DNA of 64,000 bases. Origin: Marsupella aquatica. Lineage: Eukaryota > Plantae > Marchantiophyta. Below, one piece after another: positions 28,450 through 41,125 of this stretch. The notes under the pieces were generated by a model. The model searched no databases, was not told where the DNA came from, and was given only the letters and a program-made list of their open reading frames with translations. Both the position numbers and the translations under genes were made by a program. How positions within the stretch are numbered: position 1 is the first letter of the stretch; every line of letters starts with the position of its first letter. The stretch covers positions 4,384,490 to 4,448,489 of the forward strand of contig OZ316893.1 of NCBI GenBank assembly GCA_973895155.1, given 5' to 3'.

Positions 28450-29430
28450 AATGGTCTACATCAAGTGTCAAAACTAAATCGGCAAGTGGGACTAGAATGT
28501 CCTCTAGGGGGGCTAGCCATTGCGGGGTCACACTAGCACCCACTATCAGAGATCGACAATAGATGACCCAAACTTGAGCACGTTGTAAGATGATTGAAAT
28601 GCATTGGTGAAAGTACGTGGTCAAAACAGATAGCGGGGGTCCAATGGGACCCATCCGGCCATGAACATCCCGAGCCGCTCGTCAAAGAAGCCCATCAAAC
28701 TGATGATGGAGACGCCTAAATATCTCAAGAGCCAGGGGGAACAAGCTATCAGATGAAGCTCGTGCAACATATTTGGCCTCCTTCATTTTTGCTGCTCATG
28801 ATATTGCTACCCCTGCCGTTGTTGCCGCTGTCCCAATGATATCTTGGCGCAATGGGTTTGCCACCACTACATTTGCCAAAGTACGATGACCCTCATGGAC
28901 CATGGTTAGATCCGCCCGTAACCGCTGTGATGGAGGACCAGGTAACTCGAGCACCACCTCCCGCCATGCGCAAACCAAAGAGCTAGAGAGAACATGAGCA
29001 ATCGCATCTCTCACAACGTCGTGAACAAAAATGGTTTTGCCTCCCAAACTACACCAAAGAAGATGGACACCGGTGGCATCACAAGGCTTCCCACAAGTGC
29101 AAGAAGGAGGTAAACCAACAAGAAGTGGGTGGGGCAAGCCCAATCATACAAAGATGCATGACTGTCACGAACTCCACTAAAGACATCCGCAAGTGAAGAA
29201 TGACTGGATTGGCCTGAAGCCATCCTCCGGCGCCCTTCTCTCCAGAAGAAAGAATCCGAGGTCGGTCCATGTCAGGTGCCTCGGTGAGGATGCTGGAGAG
29301 GGTGAAAGTATGGCTGCATACGCCCAACAAGGTCTGCCTGAAGACGGACGGGGTCGAAGGATAAAAACTCCTGAAATGAAGGTAACACAGCTTGGACAGG
29401 ATCTGGTACCTGACTGTGAACCTTAGGGCT
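28450..29430 (-). mobile_element. 3' fragment of a non-LTR retrotransposon with restriction-like endonuclease (CRE/R2-type), degenerate
   Basis: Stitched translation: GAGGWLQANP...GLPHP...CTCGKPCDATGVHLLWC..GG...HDVVRD (Zn knuckle), RLRADLTMV..., AAKMKEAKY, LFPLALEIF..., ISIILQRAQ; frameshifts and stops. Confidence 0.75.
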
Positions 29431-31529
29431 GCCTTGAATGTGATGGTGCTGGTCGTGAACCTTAGAGCTGTCTTGCATGTGATGGTCCTTGGACTTCATG
29501 CCCTCTATATTCCCTAACATGGAGGGAAAAAGTAGATAATTATGATTTGTCCACAAGATCTTTATAAATGATGTATGTGATTTGCTCTTGTAAAGTAAAG
29601 TTCTTTGTTTGTTATGAAATTTGAAGGTCTTGAAGGGGAGGGCTGGAAATGTTGCCACCCTTGCCCTTAGTTTTCCTCATTAGCTGCCATAAGGCCTCCT
29701 TTGGGAGATGGGCAGGCATGAAACACTCTCTCAATGATAAAGTGACATGAGTGAATGAAGGGCCAATTTTTCAAGGACCCTGGATAGCTCTCTCAGGTCT
29801 TGGTGGGTCCCAGCAGCTTTGATATTGAGTATGATAGTCCTTTGTTAGTAAAAAACTAGGACCATTCCACCATTTACTATTTGTGAATTGTTCATAATAT
29901 ATTCTTGCACATCAACAAGGATCAGAACATCTCAGTAAGTATCAGTACAAATTTGGTTAATTTTAAGCTTATATTATCTACCCCTTTGGTAAACAATCTG
30001 CGACACTGAACAAAGCATCCCTTAGTCAGAGATATCACTGCAATCTATGTTGATAAATTTCTACATATGGACATATTTACAGACTCATCCTTATTTACTT
30101 TCCAAATGTTTTGGAAATTATTAAAAGGAATTAACATCAAATCAAGGTTGCAATCAAATCAAATACATTATAACAGAAATAGCTCTCACAGTCCGAACGC
30201 TAGTTTCCCTGTTGCTTGCAACAGTTTCTTGTTGTAAATCCAACTCTAATCATTGCAAATGGTATGTTTTCAAATTGCGTTCGTCAGTGTTTGCAATTAT
30301 ATACAACTTGCAAAGGTCTAATCATTAAAAATGATATCCGTCTTGGCCATGTAGCAAACATTTTAGTAAACTTCAGCTGAGAAGCCAATCTAACACTACA
30401 ATTCAGACATCAGCAATTGACATTAGCAATTGACCAGATTAGGGGTCTGCGCCAGCTTTAGCACTCCAATTCAGACATCAGAAATTGACATTAGCAATTG
30501 ACATCAGCAATTGACCTTAGCAGTCTACGCTAGACGCGAAGGAGTGGTCTGCTGTCTCACCCATATTCTTGGTCCTTCTATAATTTCCTTACTGAGCTAA
30601 CTTCGGGCCTAAGGAAACACTCGAGGGAATACACAAAACAAATGTGGGCCCCAAGGAAACAACGTTGGAAACACCCAAAACAAGATAATCCCCAAACCAT
30701 ACTCGTGTGACCCCGACTTTTAAGAACATCCTTAAATCATTAAATTCTGAGACGTGATATTATGTCAGGCGTAGCAATACATTTGTTGTGGGAGATAATC
30801 ATTGTTCGCAGTGTTCGTTCTTGCTGCTGGTGCACTTGCCTTGGTAAGCGCTTGCACATACGCACTCTGTACCCAATTGCATGTTTGTTCAGGCATTCAG
30901 CATATTCGTTCAGTTATTCAGTGACGTGCCGTCCAGATTCGCCATTTTCATCATGTTCCCATGAACGTCGTGTCAAATGTTGAGGCTTTTTGGGTATCTC
31001 TTCAATTGACACTCCGAGTGTCCAAAGAGAAGGGCACATTTTTTTGTTCGACATTCAGCTGCACAGGAAGCCACTTATAAATCGAGAATTGCATAATGGG
31101 AATTTTCTTCTATATCTGTATCACCTCATTTCCAATTTTTTGTGGGTTTAGGCATAAGGGAAATAGTTGACGTGATCTTTGAGTTTATTGAATGGCTAAT
31201 TGAGTTCGCTGATCTTAAAATAGGAGAATGAATGTTCACTCATCGTTTGAGATGCGAATGAAATGACTATACATGGAGACCACAGGGGGATATTCGTCCT
31301 CTGCCATTGCTTTTGTCATACGTCTGTGGCTTTGGTTTCGTGAGTGACATTCAATTGAGGATTATTTGGTATAAAACTCCGCAAAATCTTGTAACAAATC
31401 TGCTACTGAACAAACACGTCGGGTGTTGATGCGGCATCCGAGCAGCTGAGGGCACGGTTTGTAATCGCTTGCGCTCCGAGGCAAATTAGATCAGCAACGC
31501 CAACAGCATTGAGGGTGCCTCGGTCACAG

Positions 31530-32520
31530 ATGGCAACTGATTCGAGTGAGTTGGGGAAGGGCACGGCTCCAGTGGGCTCTCAAAATGATGACCTCATCCA
31601 CCAGAATGAAATAGCAAGAATGCGTGAAGTCCTCGCTGATTCGACGGTGAGTATCTCCTGCAACTGGAGCATCGACAGGGATTCTCTCAAAGTCTGTCAC
31701 GTAATTTGTCACTGCATTTGGGGAATATTCAGAATCCATCCAGATATCTGTATATTTTTGTACTTACCTTACTCGAAGAGCTTGTACAAAGACTTTTTCT
31801 AGCATCACTTTCATGGAATCCTGTCAAGTTCTGCTTTGAACCCGTTTTTTCCGACCCACTGGATTTTTGCTGGTGGAGGCTGCTTAATTTCAAGTTTTGC
31901 AGTGACGGCCTTTTCAACTAAACTCTTCGGGAAATTTTACCATTGAAGGCACAACACGGATGGGACCAACTGTGGAAGGAGGGTACAATACCATGGGACC
32001 TGGGAACAGTCACTCCTATTATCCAAGATCTTGTTCACAAAGGGGACTCCGAAGGGGACTTGCCTGATGGCAGAGCTCTCGTTCCTGGCTGTGGTATGGT
32101 GAGTATTAAACTTGCATTCCTCTGTTCAATTACATTTCTGTGTTCTGTCCAGGTATCATTCAGGTCTTAAAACTTATTCTTGACGCGAAGTAGTAACTGA
32201 AGAATCAGTCTATGTTCATGAAGGGGTATGATGTGCTTGCTCTTGCAAGTGAAAACCGTCATGTTGTTGGACTCGATATATCAGAGACAGTGAATAAGGT
32301 GGCTCTGAAGGTAAGTAAAGGTGCATTGTTTGTACAAGTGTGACTACTTAGTTCCCAAGATATTTGAAGAACAATCTAATACCTTTGAAGGTTATGCCCG
32401 AGAAAACATACAAAGTGGGGGGTCCGGTTATTACAGCTATTGAAGTGTTCCTCTTGTGCTTACGTGTAGAACGCTGCTGAAAGTCCAAAAAGCAAATGGG
32501 TAGAGTTTTTGGTTGCCGAC
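31530..32520 (+). pseudogene. HOL: SAM-dependent thiol/halide methyltransferase (HOL/TMT, TPMT family), truncated within exon 4
   Basis: Exon 31530-31646. Exon 31949-32098: GWDQLWKEGTIPWDLG...GRALVPGCGM. Exon 32224-32310: GYDVLALASENRHVVGLDISE. Exon 32470-32520: NAAESPKSKWVEFLVAD, after which similarity is lost. GT-AG, phase 0. Confidence 0.85.
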
Positions 32521-34271
32521 TCGCTTTGGATCTCGATGTCTTGTATTGAAACTAGTAAGTGAAAAATGCTGTAGGCTGGTTCTAAGACTGTTTTGATGTT
32601 GACCCGTTCAACAGCTTGCTGAGTTTGAAGGTGGACCGCCATTTGCAGTTTCCATAGACTCGTAAGCGATTTGCCCCCATTTTCCTTTATGTGATTCTTG
32701 CTTGCAATTGCCGAGCATTTTGCTATGAGATGGGATTTCCGCAGAGAAAGTATAAATAGCTTAGGTTAGAGAGGTGATGACTTGGTGAAGTTTCACTTGG
32801 CTTTCTGGTTCATGTGGACAATAGATAGTTGCATGCTGTTTCTGAATACTTAGCTCCATAAGACTGCTGGCCCCGGCTAGCGTCCAATTTGAGGAGCATA
32901 GAAACCAGAGGCTAGCGTAGGTCGGCTGAAGATTCAATGGACCATCCCGCTGTTGACATGAATGTGGTTCTATTGAAGTAGTACTTCGCATGGCTGATTG
33001 TTTAGGTGATGATGGCTAATTCTTGGCTATTGTCTGATGACAGTCTCTTGGTATATAAAATCTCTGGTGTTGTGTAGTAGCCGAAGTAATTCAGCTGTCA
33101 TATCCTACTTTGTCCACAATTACATGTTCAAACACTGATATTGAATAATTAAACGGCTATGGAATTCGAATCTATCATAGAGGTACTTCGTCATCCATTT
33201 ACTTATCTTCGAGATCGAAGTACTATTTTATACTGAAAATTCTTACCTAGCAAGGTTTTGTCTTATAATTCTTATCAATCCTGTCCGGACTACTTACTAT
33301 AAGAAATCCTTCTTCAACCTGACCAGCTTTGGAAGGAAACGGCAAAGCCTCTTTCTCAATTCGCACGTTAACGCAATTCATTCCGTTCCCCGCTCTCTCA
33401 AAATGGCAGCGAGAGTCTTGGCAAGCGTGAAAACATCTCCAGGCCAGCTTAACGGAGACGTAATTCCCATCGCGGTATACGAAGGCCCGGGTGTCATCAG
33501 CGAGAGAGTCCCAAGCCATCCGGCCGGTTTTCTTCTGAAAGGGCGGATCCCCCTTCTCAACATCCACGAAATCTCCTGGTTTCTAGCTCGAGCGCCCTTG
33601 TCACTTCCTGCTGCACTGACATGTATTGCCCTGACTCTTCCAGATATGTTCTGTAGTAATTCGGATCCCAGAACCGTGTCCACTTCACAATCGACCAGCC
33701 CATCCTCCAGGCTCCACGTCAAGGCAGCGGTTTTACTCCCGAAGGCTCGGTTTGAGACGTCAGACAACGGTGGGTTTCTTAAGTTTCAGTCGAGCAAGAG
33801 AAGTATATAAACAACGTTAATTCAGTGAAATATTCTTGAGATTAAAATATCAAGACAAATATACATGGGGGTTGAGGGTGTCTTGTGCCGAGCCACTCCC
33901 CTTGAGCGCGTTTGTTGGTTGTATGGCACGGGTGGCATCTGCTCTTGTTTCTTGCTTCATTGTGAACCTTTGGTTTATTCTCTCTAACTAAGTCATGGGA
34001 GTGGAGAACGAGCTCTCCCGTTTCAAGAGTGGAGCATGAGCATCTCCCATTTTAGGAGTTGAGAACAAGCTCTCCCGTTTCAGGCCCAACTTTGCCATGC
34101 AGGGTCCCTATTGCCCGAGGAGATGCTTTTGAGTGAGTTGTTTAAACAGCCCTGACCAAGTTCAGTAGGTGATTTCCAACTGCATGCATACACCAATACA
34201 CCCTTTCTAGCATGCTTTCCAATTCACCTTCTGACTTGGTCCAAGCCCGTCTTTGATCTGGTTTCATTGGG

Positions 34272-34545
34272 CCTAGGGGGTCTCACTATATGGATGCTCC
34301 CCCATCACCTGCAACATTTTTAGGTCTCAGACCCCCTAAAATGTAAGGAAATTTTTTATTTTTTAACCCCTATAAAGGTGGAATATTCTTAGAATATTCC
34401 AAAATTTTGGTTATAAGTACCCTAATGTTCTTATAAATCTCAAAATTTGATTTAAAAGACCCTATTGTTCTTCTCAGAAAGTTCTTGAATATTCTCTTTG
34501 AACCAATAAAATAGCCTTATATTTAGTCGCACCTGATGTGCCATT
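34272..34545 (+). repeat. Left terminal inverted repeat (~270 bp) pairing with 53930-54166
   Basis: cctagggggtctcactatatgg...cccatcacctgcaacatttttagg...aacccctataaag.tggaatattctt.gaatattcc...aaccaataaaat...gtcgcac.tgat.tgccatt is the reverse complement of the 54-kb segment, with scattered mismatches and one ~40-bp indel. Confidence 0.88.
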
Positions 34546-35554
34546 AATTTTTGTACACAGCTTTTTACTAAGTTGACCCCCAAACTAGACGTTATTACAA
34601 ATGTAATCCCCTAACTAATTTAATTACAATACTACCCCCCAAACCATCAACGGTTGCCATAACCTGTATTCACGCCTCCAGAAGCACGTCATTGGCTGGC
34701 TCAAACCCGGGTTGGCCACCTTAACCTATGGTCGCTTCCCTATGCCCGGCCCTGCCCCACCCTTGTAAGGCCTGCATACATGCCCGACAACTTCCCTCCC
34801 CCCAAAAAAGGGACGAGAAAAGGGATTTCCGCTTCCCGCAGCGCCTGTGCACCTTCAGGAAAACGTCGAGCACCTCAACAAGCACCTGTGCACCTTTGTA
34901 GATGGAAAACTCAAATTGAAGCTGCGCACCTTTCCTTGAGAGAAAAATCACATTGCAGCTACGGATTTAGGGCTAAGCAATTTCTGGCCAGCTCTTAGCT
35001 CTACAATCAGTTGTAGCAGTTCTTGTGTCGGCTACAATTGCAGCCGTTGAGCTTGTCATTTGCCATCTATTTCCGAGCTCTGATCAATTGAGCTCTACCG
35101 GTGACTGTGCCCTCTACTGGTGACTGTCGACCAAGGGCCACCCAGGGGACAAACAATGTCAAAAATTTCAAGCTTCATTCCTTAGGCACTTGCAGTATGT
35201 AATGTCGGGTGTCATTGGATCTATTTTTCAATTTCAGTCCAATGCCATGGAGATGGGTCCGGGGATGGGTCGGGACAAGATGCAGATTTGGCTTGAGACT
35301 ACACGGGAGCAAACAAGCCCAGCCCCGAGCCCAGCTGCTACTGTTTGTCCTATGCAGATGCAAACGACTAGGGCTATGCAGAATGAAGGAATATTAGTTT
35401 TTGATCATTTTGAGGAACAGGGTACTTGTCAAGCATCATTCTGTGAACATGACATTTGAACCAGAGCATGGCACAAAACCAACACCAGCACCTACAACTA
35501 TGGCAATTGAGCAAGAACCACCTTCTGACCACCTAATGGGCGTCCATCCTGGGC

Positions 35555-35710
35555 AGAAACGTAGATATTATGCGGTAAGTTGTGCATGGCTTTACCCCTG
35601 GTATCTATGAGACATGGGAGGCATGCAATCAACAGGTGCATGGGTTTAGGGTTAAGGGTGTAAATTTAAAAGTTTTAAGATCGAGCAGGAGGCATGTGCA
35701 TACTTACAGG
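35555..35710 (+). pseudogene. Remnant of a MULE accessory gene with an RNase H1 N-terminal (viroplasmin/hybrid-binding) domain
   Basis: RRYYAV...PGIYETWEACNQQVHGF... matches the YYAVxxGxxPGIYxTWxECxxQVxGF motif; frameshifted. Confidence 0.65.
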
Positions 35711-37772
35711 ATGGACTCATGCGCATTAGGCGAGGACGTGCAACTGGCTATCTATAGAGAACAAACTTGCTATTGTTCTGTCTAGTATAGTACTTAGTTT
35801 GCTTCATTTCTCAGCTCCTGGTAGTACTCTGTCTTTTGAGTCCACAACGAAGCATTTGCTTCCAGTTTTGATGTATGGCCCTCAATGGCAAATTTTGAAA
35901 GCAATACAATGTTTTCTCTTTCATTCCAACTCACATTTTCATTCAATCCAACTCAAGCTGTAAATCAAAAGCATAACCTGGATACTTGCATTCATTGAGG
36001 TGTCTCAAAAACAATGAATTCTGTGAACTTACTATTCTGGCCAGTTCATGAACATTGAACACAGCACAGGGCTGTTGATAAAGTGGCAAGAAATAGAAAT
36101 AGTTTCATAAATTTGTCTCCAAACCTGCACTCCACTAAAGCTACACTGGACTAAACCTACATATTGCATCTCGATTGGGTTTCCATTGTAGCTAGTAATT
36201 GTGAGAAGCTTCCAATGTTCATGCTCTCCTGTGAACCCCAACCGTTGATAGTGTGAGTGGCTTCCTCTTCCACATTCACATCACAGTCCTCTCCATCTCC
36301 AAGTGAACCAATTGCCACATCACTGCTTCCTCCTTCTACAACTTGCTTAGCTGCTTGGTGTTCCGTGCAATTCCAACGATCATGGCCTCATGCTCCACAG
36401 ACCCCACACTTTCTTGGTAATCTGCACACCTCCTCCTCATCAAATCGCATCCTTAATCGCTCTATTGGGCAACCTTTGCGTCTCTTCTTCAATGGAGGAC
36501 CACACCAAGGGTCTGGAACAAGCCCCTCTCACATCAAAGCTGGCATATGACACTCATAGGTCTTCTTAAATGTCTCAGTGCTGTAGTAGGAAGAAACATA
36601 ATCATAGTGACATTTTTTCAGCCGACTAATTGCTTGCCATGCATGTAAACAAGGCAGCAAAGTGTCCTAGAATTCACCACAACTGCATGACCACTCTGGC
36701 TCAAGCTGCACTAGCAATTGTCAGTTACTATCATTGGTGATTCTGACCCCAGTTGCATGGGATGGATGGGCAGTAAAATGAGCAGCCTTTTCTTCCACCT
36801 CATTCAAAGTGGCCATGATGTTACCTGGGAACGGGCTTGTTATGGTTTCAGCCAATTCCCGCTTCTCAGAATACTTCACCATCATATAATCCCAAATTTG
36901 CTGGGACATGTTTCAATGTTACTTCCTGGCGTTGAGGTTTCAATGCCCTATTACTACTCTCTGCTTGTTGTGAGGTTTCATGTCCCCACCTATGGCAACA
37001 GGTGAAATCCATTAGTACACCCATTTAAATTAGTTAGAAGAACAAAATACTTCATGGAAAGGCAAGAACATTGTAAAGTATAATTGAAGGAGAGAGTTCC
37101 ACTGCATCACAAAACTTCTAGATGAAAAGTAGGCCCTGGAGTAGTACTTGGGGTCTGTTGTCCTGCAAATGTATCCTGCAGCCGGCTTATTCTTCTCCTC
37201 AATTGCCTCTGGTCGCAGCTCATACTTGGTTGGGGTAACAGCATAAGGCAATGCATCAAAAAGCTTTCTCATCTCCTTACCATAGTGCTTCTGCACATTC
37301 TCCCCAACATGCCATGTGCAATATGTCGGATGCCCATGGGCGAAAACTTCAGGCACTCCATCAGTTACCCCTTTCTCTCGATCAGAAATAAATACAACAC
37401 CAGGGCGTCACAAATCTGGAATTGCATGATCTCTCAATAAATCACTAGTACATATAAGCTGATTTCCGATGCTCAATTTTTGCGAACAATCGGCGTCCGA
37501 TTCTTTTAGCATCGGAAATTCCGATTATCAAAAAATGGCAATATGCCATACTCTCGGCTTCGGATATCTTCATTTCCGATATAATTGACAACGGAACCTT
37601 TCCGATGCGTTAAAAAACGGATCATATCCGTTAGAAAACACATCGGATCCCTCAACAGAAACTTTGATTGATATGTCCGATGTTTTTTGTAACGAAAATG
37701 ATGTGCGTTACAATATTGATCGGAAACTTTCCATAGTTAATAATAACGGATATTATATCCGATTGTGCTAAC

Positions 37773-37952
37773 ATGGCAAAGTCCGATGTTAGGAGAATGG
37801 GAAAGTCCGATGCTGGGAGTATGGGAAAGTCCGATGCTAGAAGAATGGGAAAGTCCGATGCTGGAAGAATGGGAAAGTCCGATGCTGGGAGTATGGGAAA
37901 GTCCGATGCTAGAAGAATGGGAAAGTCCGATGCTGGGAGTATGAGAAAGTCT
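37773..37952 (+). repeat. 21-bp subterminal tandem repeat of the CACTA element (left)
   Basis: atgggaaagtccgatgct(gggag/agaag) about 8 copies. Confidence 0.9.
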
Positions 37953-38796
37953 GGTTATGACAAAAAGAAAATTTTTGATTGTGTTAGAATGAAAAGTTTT
38001 GATGTGTTAGATGGGGTATGTGGTTGCACCGACATACTCTTCCCAAAAGATGCAATCATTCTTGCATGCATGAATAACTTCATACTTGAGGCAAATGGAC
38101 TTGAGTGTTGTTTTTGCCTCATTCCAAGACCCAACATATTGTTCCCTTACGGAAATATGTGCTCAACATGCCAAGTCCAAAATACATCATCTAGAAGGAG
38201 GTTGCTTGTCCCATGTAGTCTTTGTTGCAAGTCCAACAACAACATAGTTGATAAAAGATGAGACAATCAGGAGCCATTGACGCTGAGGCTTTGGAAGGAC
38301 CAAAATATCATCCATAACTAATAAGCCATAATTATCCCATATCAAATCTAATGAAGGAGGGCTTTACTATCGATGAATGATCCCTGCCAGATTTCTATTG
38401 GTTTCTCCTAGGGGAATGTAATAGGGTAACTAGAATAGGTCACTTGATGCAAAGATCTAATCTCATGATAGAGAAAAATGGATCAAGAATGGATCCAAAT
38501 TATGGGTCTTAGTAAACTCACAAGTGTATAAAATCCCCAAACACTCTAAGTCAAACAACAAAAGTGCTAAGCTTGCATGTACAATGTAAGGAATAAGACA
38601 AAGTTAAGCTCATGTTGGAGGAATAGCAATTGGGATGGGTGACCAATTAGTTGAGAAAATTTGAAGAGTTCACATGTCAAGGGAGATGGGCACCTAGCTC
38701 ATAGTTCCAAATGAAAGTAGAAACCCAATTAAAGGAAGAGATGGGTGACCTGAGCATGTCGCGTCCGCTGAAATGCATATCCCATTTTGATTGCTT

Positions 38797-39022
38797 CGGA
38801 CTTTCCCATTCTCCTAGCATCGGACTTTCCCATTCTCTCACCATCGGACTTTCCCATTCTCCTAGCATTGGACTTTCCCATTCTCTCACCATCGGACTTT
38901 CCCATTCTCCTAGCATCGGACTTTCCCATTCTCTCACCATCGGACTTTCCCAATGTCCTAGCATCGGACTTTCCCATTCTCCCACCATCGGACTTTCCCA
39001 TTCTCCCACCATTGGACTTTCC
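38797..39022 (-). repeat. 21-bp subterminal tandem repeat of the CACTA element (right, inverted)
   Basis: catcggactttcccattct about 10 copies; reverse complement of the left array. Confidence 0.9.
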
Positions 39023-41125
39023 GATAGAAGTCCGATTGTCGATATCCGATACTATTAAAATGGCATGTTGCGATGCTAGTAGTATCGGATATATGGTTTT
39101 TCAAATTTTATTGTACAAAGGCGTCCGATGTGGAGAGAATCGGAAAAAGGAGGTAAAATGTACTAGTGAATTCAGGAAGACCAGCCAGTTTGCCTCATTC
39201 TCAGACGGCACCCAAGCATATGCTAGTAAGATGACAATGTTATTAGCATCCAAGCAAGTGGCCAACAGCAAAATGCCAGGGTACATGCAACGAGTATGAG
39301 TTCCATCTAATGCAACCATGGGCTACAGTGACGGAATGCTTCCCTGGATGTTGAAGGGCAGACAAATAACAGATCTAGCTGACCATCAGGTGCCCTATGC
39401 TTTGCAACTCCAATGGGATCCCGCTCAAGGATGTGATGACAATGGGTTGTTATGAGATGGAAGGATTTTGTTTCATCTCCATCAAGTTGCTCCAAGCACC
39501 GACGCTTTGCAGCATATGCCGTATGGTATTTGATGTCAAGATGGACCCAAGCTTGAGCCAAATCTCTCAGGAAAGATGGTCATGTTTGCCTATTCTTGGC
39601 AATGATATCCATGATGTTGTCTGCAAGCCTATCAGAGTTGTTGTGCATTTGCCGTTTGTAATGATCAGCACGTTCACAAGTGTGCTGCAGGTAGGTTTTT
39701 GTAATGGTAATTATCTCTGTTCTGGACTTTTTTTGTAGCTCTCAGCCTCCAAGGGCATGTACTCACTTTGCATCTCAATTTCCACTTATAATCATCCTTC
39801 TTATCAATGACCAGAAGTCTCTTTGTGCGCACACCCTCATCCACAACTAATTTTTTCAGGTCTGGCTAGCTCTCAAACGTTGTCCCTATGTTCAATTTTG
39901 TTGCTTTCAGGACTGGATGCTACAACTCTCCTAACATCGTGCACTGCCGGGTAGAGGGCAATGACATAAGAATTGCAAGCTTTTATATGGATAATTGCAG
40001 TTCAGAAAAATATAAGCACAGATCATGGAACAAAATGGTTCTTAGAAGCGCAGTCCTCTTACCAATGTTGAGAATTTTAGGGTTGGTTCCTTAATTCTGT
40101 GAACGTCATGCAACAAATCCCGTGCAGCCGTTCCTTCCCCTGTTAAAAGGAATGACTTACAATTCAACCTTTTCCAAATCCCTCTGCTCAAGTGCGCAAT
40201 GACCAACATCATGTGCTACAAATTGCAGCACAACTGAAAACCTTGCAACGGTGGATCTCTGTAGCTCGCATGAAGCTTCAATGTACCTTACAACTTCATC
40301 CCTCAAATTGCAAGTTTCAACCATCATAGAGGCGAGTACTAGTGCACACAATGGAACTGAAAAAGGACCTAACATCCAGCAAAAATGAGATTGCGCAGCT
40401 TTTGCAATCGTGACCCTAATCTGCTACGGAAATCTGGCAGTCAAAGCTTGATCAAGGATACTGTGAGTGCCTATGGAAGGCAAAGATTTTAGGTGACAAG
40501 ATTGATTTGCATTTAAATTTCTCTCAAGGAAAGGCACGCAGGTGCTTGTTGAGGTGTTCAAAAATTTTCTGAAGGAAACGTCGAGCCTGTGCTGCCGGGG
40601 CCGACTCAGGCACTGCGGGAAGCGGAGATCCCTTTTTGGGGGGGAGGGAAGTTGTCGGGCGTGTATGCAGGCCTTACAAGGGCAGAGTAGGGCGGAGCAT
40701 AGGTGAGCAACCATAGGTTAAGGTAGCCAACCCGGGTTTGAGCCGGCCAATGATGTGCTTCCGGAGGCGCGAATACAGGTTACAGCAACCGGCGACGGCT
40801 TGGGGAGTAGTATTGTAATTAAATTAGTTAGGGGGTTACATTTGTAATAACGTCTAGAACCCCAATTTAAGGAAAACCGAACTTTGGAAATTCTGAAAAT
40901 CACTAAATATTATTATTTTAATAAAAAGGGGGCGACATGACACGTGGCTGCGCGTGAAACCCTGAAAATGACTGCAACGTCACATTTTAACCAATCCAAC
41001 TTGACGGGACCAAGAGACATGCTCACGCGAATAATAATAATAGAGAAATAAATCTTTGAGATCCTCTATATATGATAACCAGTATATAAGGAGTTTACAA
41101 ATGATTTCTAGAACGACAATACAAA

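Larger units (their letters stand above)
37443..39168. mobile_element. Non-autonomous CACTA element with 3-bp TSD (AAT)
   Basis: Ends CACTAGTACA...TGTACTAGTG flanked by aat/aat; many tccgat/atcgga subterminal motifs; removing it restores the MULE transposase frame. Confidence 0.93.
36260..39960 (-). pseudogene. MuDR-family DDE transposase, disrupted by stops, frameshifts and a CACTA insertion
   Basis: VALDGTH...ATCLDANN...LAYAWVPSENEANWLVFLN|...VFISDREKGV..GVPEVF....TYCTWHVGEN; SWIM finger WSCSCGEF..LLPCLHA (~36640-36700); CCHC knuckle CGVCG..GHDRWNC (~36365-36410). Confidence 0.88.
34585..40857 (-). mobile_element. Mutator-like element (MULE) with ~350-bp TIRs and a degenerate 9-bp TSD
   Basis: TIRs ctagacgttattacaaatgtaa...(34585-~34945) and ...ttacatttgtaataacgtctag (~40515-40857); flanks acccccaaa / aaccccaat (7/9 match). 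Confidence 0.88.

Noticed and set aside
37773-39299. ORFs with MGKSDA / WESPM / IGLSHS repeats
   Set aside because: Translations of the 21-bp CACTA subterminal repeats, not real proteins.
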